Below, piece after piece: positions 27,828 to 38,552 of a stretch of 64,000 nucleotides of DNA. The notes under the pieces are model-generated. The model saw nothing but the letters and a program-made list of their open reading frames with translations, was not told the DNA's origin and did not search any database. Origin of the DNA: Verrucomicrobiaceae bacterium (lineage in GTDB: Bacteria; Verrucomicrobiota; Verrucomicrobiia; Verrucomicrobiales; Akkermansiaceae); the NCBI GenBank assembly GCA_051252135.1, contig JBPOGH010000001.1, positions 96,001 to 160,000 on the forward strand, in the 5' to 3' direction. Positions within the stretch are counted from its first letter, which is position 1. The number at the start of each line of letters is the position of its first letter. Both the position numbers and the translations under genes were made by a program.

Positions 27828-27830
27828 AAG

Positions 27831-30191
27831 CTACTGTTTCAATTTGCGAAGAGCTTCCTGATATTCGGGGAGCTTTTCCTTTGCCTCGGGAGTGGCGATG
27901 GCCTGCAGGGCGGCGATGACCTTTTCGGTGGCGGAAATTTTACGATCCTTTTCTTTGGCGTAGAGGCTTTCGACGATAACGTAGTGCCGGAGCGCTTCCT
28001 GGGGCTTTTTCTCGGCCATGTCGATGTCACCGGCGAGGAGTCGGAGGTCGAGATCGAGCTCTCCCTTGGGATGGAGATCGAGGGCGTCGCCGGTGGCTTG
28101 ACGGGCGTCGTTGAACTGTTTGAGGTCGGTGTGGGCGAGGGCCTTCTGATAGAGTGATTCGGCTTTGCGGAAGGGGTGGGTTTCGAGCTGCAAGCGCTCG
28201 TTGGCTGCGCGCAGGGCATCGGCGGGGTGTCCGGTGGCGAGGGCGGTCTCACCGAAGAGTTTCCAGATCAGGGGCTCCTTTTCTTGTGCTGCAGCAAGGG
28301 CCTCATGAAGGAAGGGCCACGCCCGTTTGTATTCGCCATCCTTGGCGAGGGTGGCTCCCAGCCAGCGGACGATGGGGCGAGGTGGAGTGGCCTTTGGGTC
28401 CGCTTTTTTCAGGGCGGAGATTTCCTTTTCGAGGGTAGGGAGGTCGCCGGCCTGAAAGGCGCAACGGACGAGGAGCGGGCCCACTTTAGCGGCAAACTCT
28501 TCAGGGAGTTTTTCGCGAGCGACGGAAAGCTGTGATGCGGCGCTCTTGTAATCCTTGCGGCGGAAATCATCCCATCCCATCCAGAAGTGTGCACCGGCTT
28601 CCAGCTTGGGGGTGATACCCGGAAGCATGAGGATGCGTTTTTGGGTGGCGACGAGCTTGGCGTAGTCCTCCTTTTCTTGATAGATGGCACTGAGGCGTTG
28701 AAGGATGAGGGCTTGAAGCTGGGTGTCTTTTGTAGAGGCGAGGACAGCTTCGTAGTCGGCGAGAGCTTCGTCTTCGCGGTTGAGCTTTGAGAGCAGTTCG
28801 GCGCGTTCGAGTCGGAGTTGGATGAGCTGATCGCTTTTGGGGTAGTTTTTTTCGAAAGCGGCGATGGCTTTGAGTGATTCGTCGTCCTGATCAAGAGCAA
28901 GGTGGCACTTGATCGTGTTGTAGTGAATGGCGAAGTGATTGCTTGAATCGACCAGAGCAAGATTGAGGGATTGATAGTGCTGAAGAGCCCGGTTGTGGTC
29001 TTTCTTTTCGAAGTAGTGTTGGGCCAGCAGGAGTCGGGCAGATTGAAGTCTTTTGTCTTCCTGTCTTTTTTCGGAGTAGGTGTTGAGAAACTTTTCGGCC
29101 TGTTGGGCGAAGTTCTTTGCGTTGGTATCGTGATCACGCACCAGGATTCGGTATGCGGCTTGAAATCCGGTGTCACTGGAGGGAGCGAGGCGGGAGATTT
29201 CCTCGTAGAGCTTCAGGACCTGATCGTTTTTCCCGAGTGCTTCGTAGGATTTTGACGCCATGATGAGGCGCTGGAGGTGGGGTTGGGCATCGAGATTGAA
29301 GCTTCCTTTTTCGAAGAGGGCGACGACCTCGGCGTAGGACTTCACCTGATAGTGGAGATTCATCAGGGTGAACTGGGTCTGGCCACGCCATTCCTTGAGG
29401 CCGGGGTGCTCAAAGGCTTTTTTGAACCAAAGGAGCGAGGCCTTTTGATCCTTCTCCTTCTGGGCGCAGAGGGCGGCCTGCAAGGTGGCGTCAGATGAGA
29501 CGGCGGGGTCGCTGGAGCCGGCAAGTTCGGCGAAAAGGGGGAATGCGCGCTGGTTGTCATTGTCCTGTTGATACAGGCGGGCGAGGGCGAGCTTGGCGGT
29601 CTCGTGGTATGGATTGCCCTTGTCCTTGAGGATGGCATCGAGAGCCGGGCGCAATTGGGTCTTTTCGTTGAGGTGGTTGTAGCAAAGGAAGCGGCGGTAG
29701 AGGGCTTCGTGACGCACCTTGTTCTTGTCGGTGGTGCGAGCGAGGGTTGCAAACCAGGTGGCAGCGCTTTTCCATTCCTTGGTCTCATAGTCATCCGAGG
29801 CAAGGTGGAGAGCGGCGCCGGCTACAAATTTCCCTTCGGTCCAGCGGGTGGCAAGGACTTCGAAGCAGGTGCGGCTGGCCTTTGGTTCGCCAATCTGACG
29901 GTAAGTGAGGGCGAGGAAATACCAGGCGTCAGGAGCTTTCTCATCGTTGGGGAAGGCGCGGATGAATCGGTCGAACTTGGAAGCGGCAAGGCGATAGTTC
30001 TGGGTTTTTTTACGCTCCTCTTTTGCTTCAGTGGCGCTGTTGTAGTAAAGCGTGGCGAGATCGAAGATATCCCGGGAGGGCTTTGCCGCGAGGGGTTGGG
30101 GGGGCTCCACTTCCGGGGGGAGGGGCGCAGGATCCTGGGCTGTCAGGAATTGAGACAGCATCAGGAGGAGTGCGATAAAGGGAAGCTTCAT
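27831..30191 (-). CDS. Secreted tetratricopeptide-repeat protein
   Basis: Signal peptide followed by many TPR-like helical repeats (e.g. FPNDEKAPDAWYFLA). Confidence 0.88.
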   Translation of the reverse strand: MKLPFIALLLMLSQFLTAQDPAPLPPEVEPPQPLAAKPSRDIFDLATLYYNSATEAKEERKKTQNYRLAASKFDRFIRAFPNDEKAPDAWYFLALTYRQIGEPKASRTCFEVLATRWTEGKFVAGAALHLASDDYETKEWKSAATWFATLARTTDKNKVRHEALYRRFLCYNHLNEKTQLRPALDAILKDKGNPYHETAKLALARLYQQDNDNQRAFPLFAELAGSSDPAVSSDATLQAALCAQKEKDQKASLLWFKKAFEHPGLKEWRGQTQFTLMNLHYQVKSYAEVVALFEKGSFNLDAQPHLQRLIMASKSYEALGKNDQVLKLYEEISRLAPSSDTGFQAAYRILVRDHDTNAKNFAQQAEKFLNTYSEKRQEDKRLQSARLLLAQHYFEKKDHNRALQHYQSLNLALVDSSNHFAIHYNTIKCHLALDQDDESLKAIAAFEKNYPKSDQLIQLRLERAELLSKLNREDEALADYEAVLASTKDTQLQALILQRLSAIYQEKEDYAKLVATQKRILMLPGITPKLEAGAHFWMGWDDFRRKDYKSAASQLSVAREKLPEEFAAKVGPLLVRCAFQAGDLPTLEKEISALKKADPKATPPRPIVRWLGATLAKDGEYKRAWPFLHEALAAAQEKEPLIWKLFGETALATGHPADALRAANERLQLETHPFRKAESLYQKALAHTDLKQFNDARQATGDALDLHPKGELDLDLRLLAGDIDMAEKKPQEALRHYVIVESLYAKEKDRKISATEKVIAALQAIATPEAKEKLPEYQEALRKLKQ

Positions 30192-30243
30192 GCGGCATCG
30201 GGTTGGAGGATAAGCGACACGGTGGACGGAATTCTTTCCGGAA

Positions 30244-30678
30244 TCAAGGAGCCTCCCGGCTGGCGAAACGGATGTTCCAGATTCCGGCCTTCAGGACTTC
30301 GTCCATCACCTCCATGAGGGTTTGGTAGGAGGTCTCGGCATCGCCCCGCAGGCGGACCGGTTGCTGGTCCGCTCCACCCTGGTTTGCAAGCTCCGAGGCT
30401 TCGACGATCTTTTCGAGTTTGGCCCGGAGTTCGGCTTTGGTGTATTCCTCTCCGCTGATGGTGACCACGCCGTCCTTTCGGATGTTGATGACAATCTCGT
30501 TGGCCACACGGGCTTTTTGAGCGCCTTCGGTAGAGGTGGGGACGGCGACCTGGCTGTCTTTTTCCTGTTCGGTGATTTGATGGGTCACGAGGAAGAAGAT
30601 CAGAAGGAGAAAGACGATGTCGATCATCGGCGCAAGCTGGAAGCTGGCCGGTGGTGGAGCGACGTCGCGAATGCGCAT
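30244..30678 (-). CDS. exbD: ExbD/TolR family protein
   Basis: APMIDIVFLLLIFFLV and VRLRGD motifs. Confidence 0.92.
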   Translation of the reverse strand: MRIRDVAPPPASFQLAPMIDIVFLLLIFFLVTHQITEQEKDSQVAVPTSTEGAQKARVANEIVINIRKDGVVTISGEEYTKAELRAKLEKIVEASELANQGGADQQPVRLRGDAETSYQTLMEVMDEVLKAGIWNIRFASREAP

Positions 30679-30700
30679 GGGTCAAGAAAGGTAGGGAGAA

Positions 30701-31498
30701 TTATGAGCGCATTGCCGGTGGTGCGGGCTTGGCGGCGTAATCCTCATGGATGGGCTGGCTTTCGTGACCCCCACGATGGGCGGGTCTCATTTGACCGCCA
30801 ACGAGGGCGAGGATGTGCGTTCCTGCTGCTTCGAGTTCGGCCAGGTGGCGCTGAACCCTTCCGCGGAAGTAGGAATAGAAGGCGAGGGCAAAGATGCTGA
30901 TGACAAGGCCGACGGCGGTGGTGATGAGGGCTTCCCAGATCCCCTCGGCAAGCTGGAGTTGTTTGAGGCCCTCGTTCTTTCCTTCGGCAAGTTCGATGAA
31001 GGATTTGATCATTCCGATGACGGTTCCGAGTAGTCCGATCATCGGGGCGATTCCTCCGATATCGGCCAGGTAGCTGACCCGTTGGGTCATGACGCCGCCC
31101 TGGCGGGTTCCCTCGGCTTCAGCGACTTCGCGTATGTCGGTGCTGGTTGCGTTGGGGTTCTTGGTGAGGAAATCGAGGGTTTTGTGGGTGACACGTGCCA
31201 CGGCTTCACTGCGGCGCTTGCAGTAGTCTACGAGGCCGAGGTAATCGCGTTTACGGATCATGGCTTCCGCATTGTTCATGAACTTATTTGTCACGATGGT
31301 GCTGCGACGCATGGTGAGGAAGTAGAGGAGCACGAGAACGAGGGTGAAAACGGAAAGGATTCCGAGGGCAATCATGGTGTAGCCTCCTTTTGAGAGGAGT
31401 CCAATCAGGGTGAGATCCTCGTGGGGGGCAACCTCATCCCCCATTGCGAGGGAAGGAATGATTGCAAAAAAGAGAAAGGAAAGAAGGCGGACGTTCAT
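30701..31498 (-). CDS. exbB: MotA/TolQ/ExbB proton channel protein
   Basis: APMIGLLGTVIGMI and GIWEALITTAVGL. Start placed at ATG 31498. Confidence 0.92.
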   Translation of the reverse strand: MNVRLLSFLFFAIIPSLAMGDEVAPHEDLTLIGLLSKGGYTMIALGILSVFTLVLVLLYFLTMRRSTIVTNKFMNNAEAMIRKRDYLGLVDYCKRRSEAVARVTHKTLDFLTKNPNATSTDIREVAEAEGTRQGGVMTQRVSYLADIGGIAPMIGLLGTVIGMIKSFIELAEGKNEGLKQLQLAEGIWEALITTAVGLVISIFALAFYSYFRGRVQRHLAELEAAGTHILALVGGQMRPAHRGGHESQPIHEDYAAKPAPPAMRS

Positions 31499-31611
31499 GG
31501 AAGACGGGGGGATACTAACCGGAGTTTTCCGAGGTGCAAGCGTGAGCAAATGATCAGTTGCACCATGGAGCGTAGCCGTTTACGTCTTACGTCTCGCCAA
31601 TCTTCCTTCCA

Positions 31612-33165
31612 ATGTCGCATCTTCCCGAGCTTCGAGCCCGACTATCTCAGGTCTCCCATCAGCCCGGGATCTATCTGATGAAGGACCGCTTGGGCTCGAT
31701 TATCTATGTGGGGAAGGCGCGGGATCTGAGGAAACGCCTGAGCTCGTATTTTATGCCATCGGGGAAGAAACGGGCGGATCGGAAGACGCGTGCGTTGATT
31801 GATTCAATATGTGACTTTGAGATTCATGAGGTCCGTAACGAGCAGGAAGCTCTCCTGCTGGAGGGGAAGCTGATCAAGCAGTATCGGCCGCGTTACAATG
31901 TGAGTTTTCGTGATGATAAGAGGTTTTTGTTGGTGAAGGTCAACCTGGATGATCCGTGGCCGAAATTTGTGACTACAAGGCTGAAGAAGAGTGATGGGGC
32001 GCGTTATTTCGGGCCCTTTGCCCATTCCGGGGCTTTACGGGGAACGGTCACTTGGCTGAATCGCGAATTTGGCCTGCGGAGCTGCCGTCCCCGAATCCCG
32101 GGAGAATCGGATTACAAGCATTGTAATGCGGATATTATTCGAAATTGCAGCGCGCCCTGTGTTGGGAAGATTGATCGAGATGCTTATCTGGAGAGAATTG
32201 AGGAGGCTTGTGAGATTCTGAGCGGGAAAGGGAAGCGGGAGCGTTTCAAGGTGCTGGAGGAAGAGATGCACCGGGCGGCCGAACGGCTCGATTTTGAAAA
32301 GGCTGCGAAAATGCGGGACGTGATCGATAATCTGAAGCGCTCGCTGACTCCAACCCGCCAATTTAGTCGTGGAAGAGGAGTGCCTACAACGGTGAAGCCA
32401 CTCGAAGATGTGGCGGAGTTGGGAGACTGGTTGGGATTGGATGGCCCGCCGGAAGTGATGGAGTGCTTCGATATTTCCAACATTTCGAATACGCACATTG
32501 TGGCTTCGATGGTGCGATTCAGAGATGGCTTGCCAGACAATCAGAATTATCGGCGCTATCGGATCAAAACGGTTGAAGGGCAGGATGATTTTGCAAGCAT
32601 GGCAGAGGTGGTGAGACGCCGGTATGGGAGGATTCTGAAGGAAAACATGACGGAAAACCCCGATGTGGCGGAGGAGAGTCAGGAATCGCCCAGGGAGGTG
32701 GTGCGGCGTTTGGCAGAGGAAGGGAAGAGTCCGATCACGCTTCCTGATTTGGTGATTGTTGATGGCGGGAAAGGGCAACTCAGTGTTGCCGTGGCGGAAT
32801 TGCAACGATTGGGACTCTACGATTTGCCGATTGTCGGGTTGGCGAAACAGCGGGAAGAAATATTTCAGCCGGGGGAGAGTGAGCCGATTAACATACCCCA
32901 TGACCGTGGTGCACTGAAATTGATGCAGCGAATTAGGGATGAGGCCCATCGGTTTGCGAACGGGTATAATGAAATTTTGCTACGGAAGCGGGTGAAAGAA
33001 AGTCTTCTCGATGATTGTCCCGGTGTTTCGGATTCGAAGAAGAAGGCGTTATTGAAGAAGTTTGGGTCGGTTGAACGGTTGAAGAAGGCGACGCCGGCGA
33101 AGATTGCGGAGATTCCGGGGATTTCACTTGGCTCGGCGGAAGTGATCCTAGAGTTCTTAAAATGA
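31612..33165 (+). CDS. uvrC: Excinuclease ABC subunit C
   Basis: GIY-YIG (PGIYLMK..IIYVGKA), Cys cluster, UVR (FEKAAKMRD), CFDIS, DGGKGQ, RDEAHRFA, HhH. Confidence 0.95.
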   Translation: MSHLPELRARLSQVSHQPGIYLMKDRLGSIIYVGKARDLRKRLSSYFMPSGKKRADRKTRALIDSICDFEIHEVRNEQEALLLEGKLIKQYRPRYNVSFRDDKRFLLVKVNLDDPWPKFVTTRLKKSDGARYFGPFAHSGALRGTVTWLNREFGLRSCRPRIPGESDYKHCNADIIRNCSAPCVGKIDRDAYLERIEEACEILSGKGKRERFKVLEEEMHRAAERLDFEKAAKMRDVIDNLKRSLTPTRQFSRGRGVPTTVKPLEDVAELGDWLGLDGPPEVMECFDISNISNTHIVASMVRFRDGLPDNQNYRRYRIKTVEGQDDFASMAEVVRRRYGRILKENMTENPDVAEESQESPREVVRRLAEEGKSPITLPDLVIVDGGKGQLSVAVAELQRLGLYDLPIVGLAKQREEIFQPGESEPINIPHDRGALKLMQRIRDEAHRFANGYNEILLRKRVKESLLDDCPGVSDSKKKALLKKFGSVERLKKATPAKIAEIPGISLGSAEVILEFLK

Positions 33166-33248
33166 TTGATGGTTCGGATGCATAAAACATCTCAATTTTG
33201 TGATTTTCATGTGCTCTTTTTGGTTTCTACATCCGTTTCTTAAAAACG

Positions 33249-33278
33249 TTGCCGGTTTTGGGTCATTGGGGGTATTAA
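33249..33278 (+). promoter_or_regulatory. Candidate sigma70-type promoter for the PEP-CTERM gene
   Basis: TTGCCG-N18-TATTAA, ending 28 bp before the ATG, in an AT-rich intergenic region. Confidence 0.35.
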
Positions 33279-33306
33279 GCAGTGTTGTTCACAAACACCC
33301 TTACAA

Positions 33307-33990
33307 ATGAAGAAAACACTTATCCTTACCTCGTTCGCTTGCACGACTGCCTTGGCATCCGCCCAGCAGACCTTCGTTCAGACAAAATCCTTTGGTCCGA
33401 GCGTGCTGTCTTTCACAGACGTCCTCGCCTTCAATGCATACAACGGGAATGCTTCCGACATTATCAGTGTCGAATGGTGCTACCATCTTGCTGTCGGTGG
33501 CGGTCAAATGATCGTTGATAATGACGGAAGTCAGGCGGCAACAGTTAACGCGTCATTCGGCGGCGAACTTGATGTCAGCTCTGCCGGCCTCAATCTCCTC
33601 GATGGTTCATTCAATCCCATTTTCGATGATGTTTCCGCTGGAACCAGCAGCGTGTTGAACCTCGCAGCCAATGTTGGTGACGGACCGGGGGATTACGATC
33701 CAACCGGACCAGACGGCGCCACCATTCTTGGCCAGCAGTCCTCCAACAGCGGAAGTGGTTTTGTTCACACAGGCTTCCATTCACAGTATGCTGGCACCAA
33801 TCCAATCTATTTGACGGTTGATGCGGATGCATTCGCTGATATTGGAACAGTGGGTGGCGTAGAGTTTGCCTCTACTCCAGCTTCTGCCAGTGGCTATGTC
33901 ACCCTTAAGATCACGGCAGTGCCCGAGCCTTCGACCGCACTTCTTGGTGTTCTTGGAGCCCTCGGGTTCGTGGTGCGTCGCAAGCGCTAG
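33307..33990 (+). CDS. PEP-CTERM sorting-domain surface protein (possibly choice-of-anchor E type)
   Basis: Signal peptide, Gly/Ser/Asp-rich body, C-terminal VPEPSTALLGVLGALGFVVRRKR. Confidence 0.93.
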   Translation: MKKTLILTSFACTTALASAQQTFVQTKSFGPSVLSFTDVLAFNAYNGNASDIISVEWCYHLAVGGGQMIVDNDGSQAATVNASFGGELDVSSAGLNLLDGSFNPIFDDVSAGTSSVLNLAANVGDGPGDYDPTGPDGATILGQQSSNSGSGFVHTGFHSQYAGTNPIYLTVDADAFADIGTVGGVEFASTPASASGYVTLKITAVPEPSTALLGVLGALGFVVRRKR

Positions 33991-34015
33991 TCGAAATTCT
34001 TAATCGAACAACTTG

Positions 34016-34052
34016 GAAACCCGGTTGGCTTGTGCCTACCGGGTTTCTTTTT
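34016..34052 (+). terminator. Intrinsic terminator after the PEP-CTERM gene
   Basis: Stem GAAACCCGGT / ACCGGGTTTC followed by TTTTT. Confidence 0.8.
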
Positions 34053-34071
34053 GTCACTGACTCCCAGTGCG

Positions 34072-34109
34072 AAAAAAAAAAGATGCCACTCAAAGGAGCG
34101 GCATCTTTT
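34072..34109 (-). terminator. Intrinsic terminator of serA
   Basis: Minus strand: AGATGCCGCTC-CTTT-GAGTGGCATCT followed by a long T run. Confidence 0.85.
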
Positions 34110-34139
34110 ATTGGGAAGTGGTGGAATAAACGGACTCAA

Positions 34140-35741
34140 CTAGAGAGTCACTCCGGTGGCGTTGAGAACTCCCGGAGTTTTTCTGATGGAATCCATGACA
34201 TCCTTGGGAAGGGGGGCATCGAGTTCGATTACGGTGAGTGCCGTCTTGTCCTTCGCGTTTCGTGCGAGGGAAAGGTTGGCAATGTTGGCGTTGGCATTTC
34301 CAAGTGTGGTGCCGATTGCACCGACGATGCCGGGGCGATCATCGTTGAGGACGATTAAGAAGTCGCCCGCGATATTGGTATCGACGTAAAGTTTGTTGAT
34401 TTCGACTATGCGCGGAGATTTCCCGACTACGGTGCCGGAAACGCGATATTTCTCTCCGTCCTTGCTGAGTTCTGCGATGAGAAGCTCATTATACTCGGTG
34501 GCGGCGTTGATGGTGGATTCCACGAGGTCGAGGCCCATTTCCTTGGCAACTGCCGGGGCGTTGACGATATTGACCTGGCCGTCGCTGCGAGCGCTTTCGA
34601 GGAACGAAGTCAGGACGCTGCGTGAAACCAGGGCGGTGTCCTTCTTCGCGAGTGGGCCGTGATAGGAGACGCGGAGCGAATCGGGATTTGCGGGACCGAG
34701 CTTGGCAAGCATCTTGCCGAGGGCCTTGGCGATGTCCAAATAGGAACCAAGCTCTGCGAGAGCTGCGGCATCGAGCGAGGGCATGTTGATGGCATTGCGA
34801 ATTTCGCCAGTGGCGCAGAAATCACGAATTTGCTCGGCGACCTGAATGCCTACGTTCTCCTGGGCTTCATTGGTGGACGCGCCCAAGTGTGGGGTGAAGG
34901 CGATGTGCTTCTTGAGCTCAAAAAGAGGGTGATCGGCAGAGGGGGGCTCATCTTCGAAGACGTCGAGTCCGCATCCTGCAATGTGACCTTTGTCGATGGC
35001 GGCTTTCAGGGCCACTTCGTCAATGAGACCTCCACGGGCACAGTTGATGACGAGTGCGCCTTGATTCATCAGGTCGAGACGCCCGGCATTCAGAATGTGG
35101 TGGGTGTCGTCGGTAAGCGGGACGTGAAGGGTGACGACGTCCGCGCCGGTGAGGGCTTCATCCGGAGTCGCTGCCAGAGTGACCTTCATTTCGTCAGCGC
35201 GTGACTGGGTGAGGAACGGGTCATAGGCGACGATCTTCATGTTGAAGGCTTGAGCGCGCTTGGCAAACTCGCTGCCGATCCGTCCCATGCCGATCACGGC
35301 GAGAGTCTTGCCATTAAGCTCGATGCCCTGGTAGGCCTTGCGGGCAGCCTTGAAGTCACCGGAAATAACACCCGCATGGCCAAGAGCGATATTGCGAGCG
35401 GTCGAGCACATGAGAGTGAAGGCATGCTCGGCAGTGGAAATGGTGTTGCCCGTGGGTGTGTTCATGACGATCACTCCGTGGGCGCTGGCGGCTTCGCGGT
35501 CGATGTTATCGACTCCGACTCCAGCGCGGCCGATGGCCTTCAATTTGGTGGCGGCGGCCAATACCTCGGGGGTTACCTTGGTTTGGGAGCGAACGACGAG
35601 AGCATCATATTCTCCAATAATGGAGATCAACTCCTCGGGAGAAAGGCCCACTTTGAAGTCGGCGGTGATGTCGGGATGGGCGTTGAGAAGCTCAACTCCC
35701 TTGTCGGAAATGGGGTCGGAAACCAGAACTCGGCTTGGCAT
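34140..35741 (-). CDS. serA: D-3-phosphoglycerate dehydrogenase
   Basis: [31 protein letters not shown] and ACT (DRPGIVG) domains. Confidence 0.96.
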   Translation of the reverse strand: MPSRVLVSDPISDKGVELLNAHPDITADFKVGLSPEELISIIGEYDALVVRSQTKVTPEVLAAATKLKAIGRAGVGVDNIDREAASAHGVIVMNTPTGNTISTAEHAFTLMCSTARNIALGHAGVISGDFKAARKAYQGIELNGKTLAVIGMGRIGSEFAKRAQAFNMKIVAYDPFLTQSRADEMKVTLAATPDEALTGADVVTLHVPLTDDTHHILNAGRLDLMNQGALVINCARGGLIDEVALKAAIDKGHIAGCGLDVFEDEPPSADHPLFELKKHIAFTPHLGASTNEAQENVGIQVAEQIRDFCATGEIRNAINMPSLDAAALAELGSYLDIAKALGKMLAKLGPANPDSLRVSYHGPLAKKDTALVSRSVLTSFLESARSDGQVNIVNAPAVAKEMGLDLVESTINAATEYNELLIAELSKDGEKYRVSGTVVGKSPRIVEINKLYVDTNIAGDFLIVLNDDRPGIVGAIGTTLGNANANIANLSLARNAKDKTALTVIELDAPLPKDVMDSIRKTPGVLNATGVTL

Positions 35742-35844
35742 AACGTGGGGAGCGGTAGCGCACCTGTGGCACTATGGCAAGAGTTGGCGCTTGAAAATCA
35801 TCGCGAGACCTGAAATGTCATCCGCGATGTGCGACAATCCAGAT

Positions 35845-37527
35845 ATGCGGAAGTTCTCTTCCCAGGTGCTTGACGGCCCGGACCGGGCTCCCAGCAGAGC
35901 GATGCTCTACCCGGTAGGTTTTGAAAAAGCTGACTTCAGTAAGCCAAAGATCGGGGTTGCTTCGACCTGGAGCCAAGTGACGCCGTGCAACTTCCACATT
36001 GATGCGCTTGCCAAGGAATCGGCGAAGGGTGCGGATGCCGCGGGGGGCAAGGCGGTGATTTTTAATACGATCACCATTTCGGATGGGATTTCAATGGGGA
36101 CAGAAGGGATGAAGTATTCTCTTGTGAGCCGTGAGGTGATTGCAGATTCGATTGAGACCGTGGTGGGTTGTGAAGGGATGGATGGCTACGTGGCGATCGG
36201 TGGTTGTGATAAGAATATGCCGGGCTGTGTGATGGCGATGGCCCGGATGAACCGGCCTTCGGTATTTGTATACGGAGGAACAATTCTTCCCGGATGCGCG
36301 ACCTTGAAGGGGGAGGATAAGGATTTGGATATTGTTTCGGTTTTTGAAGCTGTGGGTAAGCACGCCAGTGGCGAGTATTCCGATGAGGAGCTTCAGATGG
36401 TCGAGGAGACTGCCATTCCCGGTCCCGGTTCATGTGGAGGCATGTATACGGCCAATACGATGGCGAGTGCGATTGAAGCTTTGGGAATGAGTTTGCCCAA
36501 CAGTTCGGCGCAGGCAGCGATCAGCGATGACAAGAAGCGTGATAGTTTTGATGCAGGCGCAGCGGTGCTTCATTTGCTCAAGCATGACATCAAGCCCCGT
36601 GATATTATGACACGGAAGGCCTTTGAGAATGCGATCACGGTGGTGATTGCCCTGGGAGGTTCGACCAACGCGGTGTTGCACCTTTTGGCGATGGCGCATT
36701 CTGCTGATGTGGAGTTGAGTATCGACGACTTTACCGAGATCGGAAAACGAGTTCCGGTGTTGGCTGATCTCAAGCCATCAGGAAAATATGTGATGGCTGT
36801 GTTGGTGAAAATTGGCGGGACCATCCCGTTGATGAAGATGCTCCTTGAAGGGGGGCTCCTGCATGGTGATTGCATGACGGTGACCGGGAAAACGGTTGCG
36901 GAGAATCTGGCGAATTCGACTATTGAGTACCCGGAGGGTCAGGATGTGATTCGCTCGCTCGACAATCCGATCAAGAAGGACAGTCACCTGCGTATTCTTT
37001 ATGGAAACATCGCGCCTGGAGGTTCGGTGGCCAAGATTTCAGGAAAAGAGGGGATGAGCTTTACCGGACGGGCCCGTGTTTTTGAGTCCGAGGAGGCGGG
37101 GATGACCGCGATTTTGAAAGGTTCGATTGAAGCCGGTGATGTCATTGTCATTCGTCGTGAAGGACCCAAGGGTGGTCCCGGAATGCGTGAAATGCTGGGG
37201 CCAACGGCCGCGGTCATGGGCCGCGGATTGGGCGATAAAGTGGCGCTGATTACCGACGGCCGATTCTCCGGCGGGAGCCACGGGTTCGTAGTGGGGCACA
37301 TCACACCGGAAGCATACGACGGTGGACCTATTGGACTTTTGGAAGAGGGTGACACGATCACGATCGATGCGGAAAGCAATCAGATCAGTGCTGATCTTTC
37401 GGAGGAGGAGCTTGCTGAGCGTCGTGCCAAGTGGGTTCAGCCGGCTCCCCATTACACGCGTGGAGTGTTGGCGAAATTCGCCAAGCTTACGACGAGTGCC
37501 AGTGAAGGTGCGGTGACTGACAAATAG
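35845..37527 (+). CDS. ilvD: Dihydroxy-acid dehydratase
   Basis: [40 protein letters not shown]. Start moved to ATG 35845; the ORF-track extension overlaps serA. Confidence 0.96.
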   Translation: MRKFSSQVLDGPDRAPSRAMLYPVGFEKADFSKPKIGVASTWSQVTPCNFHIDALAKESAKGADAAGGKAVIFNTITISDGISMGTEGMKYSLVSREVIADSIETVVGCEGMDGYVAIGGCDKNMPGCVMAMARMNRPSVFVYGGTILPGCATLKGEDKDLDIVSVFEAVGKHASGEYSDEELQMVEETAIPGPGSCGGMYTANTMASAIEALGMSLPNSSAQAAISDDKKRDSFDAGAAVLHLLKHDIKPRDIMTRKAFENAITVVIALGGSTNAVLHLLAMAHSADVELSIDDFTEIGKRVPVLADLKPSGKYVMAVLVKIGGTIPLMKMLLEGGLLHGDCMTVTGKTVAENLANSTIEYPEGQDVIRSLDNPIKKDSHLRILYGNIAPGGSVAKISGKEGMSFTGRARVFESEEAGMTAILKGSIEAGDVIVIRREGPKGGPGMREMLGPTAAVMGRGLGDKVALITDGRFSGGSHGFVVGHITPEAYDGGPIGLLEEGDTITIDAESNQISADLSEEELAERRAKWVQPAPHYTRGVLAKFAKLTTSASEGAVTDK

Positions 37528-37532
37528 GTCGT

Positions 37533-38537
37533 TTATCTGAAGACGTAGTCTGCGATCACCATTCGGTGATCGGAGCCTTCGAGTCGGACGGCCTTGGCCC
37601 GGATCGGAACGAGCATCTTGGATGAGAAAAGGTGGTCGATCCGGAGGAGGGGGAGGGACCGGTGAAAGGTGTTTCCCCAGCCGGTGCCGACTTCACTGAA
37701 GGCGTCGGTGAAGTCGTTGCCCAGGAGCTTGTAGACAGCGTCATTTGCGGGTGCGTTGAAGTCACCTCCTATGAGGGTGGGAATTCCCGGATAGGGCGTC
37801 TTTTGCCGGAGGAGCTCCATGAAATAGGCCATTTCCATTTGGCGACGTTCCCGGTTGGTTCGATGGGTCTGCCAGGCGTGCCTGTCCCAAAGGCGGAGGT
37901 TGGTGGCTGCGCCCTGCAAGTGGACATTGAGGAGCTGAATGCTTTCGCCGGAGGCTAGTTTGGCGGTGAGGGCCTGACCACGGTAGTTGGGGACGGGGAC
38001 TTCGAATTCAATTTTTCCGTTTACGACGACGGCGCAGGCTTTGGTGGCATTGTAGCGGTAGTCGCCATGGCCGTCATAAAGTTCATCAATGAGTTTTTTC
38101 AGGCGATAGGTATGAGGGATTTCCTGAAGAAAAATGATGTCGGGATGGAAATCAGCGACCGCTTCCCTGGGGTCTTTTCGTTTGGCGCAGTTGAGAGTGG
38201 CGACGCGAAGGACCCGTCCGCGGGCGTGGGGCTCGGGCTTTCCTCTTTTGAGCTCCGGCTGAGCGAGGCGACCCAATGATTTTGATTCGTCAGCAAAAAC
38301 GAGGACGGTGAAGGCCCAAATGACGGTGACGACCAAGGACATGCGGCCCCGGAAGGAGACGAAGGCGATGGCGCTTAAAAGAATGCCAATAATTCCCCAA
38401 ACCCATATTGGAAACACAGTGTAGGCCGCGAAGCGGTCGGGAAGACGGACGTAGAGGATGACGGTAAAGAGGTGCAGTGCCAATGACAGGCCCAAAAGCG
38501 TGAGCGATACGGGATGCCATGGACGGCGGTAGATCAT
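37533..38537 (-). CDS. Membrane-anchored endonuclease/exonuclease/phosphatase family protein
   Basis: Three N-terminal TM segments; LQE, GGDFN, IDH and SDH motifs. Confidence 0.88.
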   Translation of the reverse strand: MIYRRPWHPVSLTLLGLSLALHLFTVILYVRLPDRFAAYTVFPIWVWGIIGILLSAIAFVSFRGRMSLVVTVIWAFTVLVFADESKSLGRLAQPELKRGKPEPHARGRVLRVATLNCAKRKDPREAVADFHPDIIFLQEIPHTYRLKKLIDELYDGHGDYRYNATKACAVVVNGKIEFEVPVPNYRGQALTAKLASGESIQLLNVHLQGAATNLRLWDRHAWQTHRTNRERRQMEMAYFMELLRQKTPYPGIPTLIGGDFNAPANDAVYKLLGNDFTDAFSEVGTGWGNTFHRSLPLLRIDHLFSSKMLVPIRAKAVRLEGSDHRMVIADYVFR

Positions 38538-38552
38538 CGTAGTGCAAGCGGA

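Noticed and set aside
30188..30685. 165-aa and other alternative ORFs overlapping exbD
   Set aside because: The 30244..30678 frame has the ExbD motifs; the alternatives have none.
34072..34081. A10 run as a phase-variable tract
   Set aside because: Intergenic, and explained as the U-tract of the serA terminator.
35338..35844. 169-aa N-terminal extension of ilvD in the ORF track
   Set aside because: Overlaps serA on the opposite strand; IlvD similarity begins near ATG 35845.
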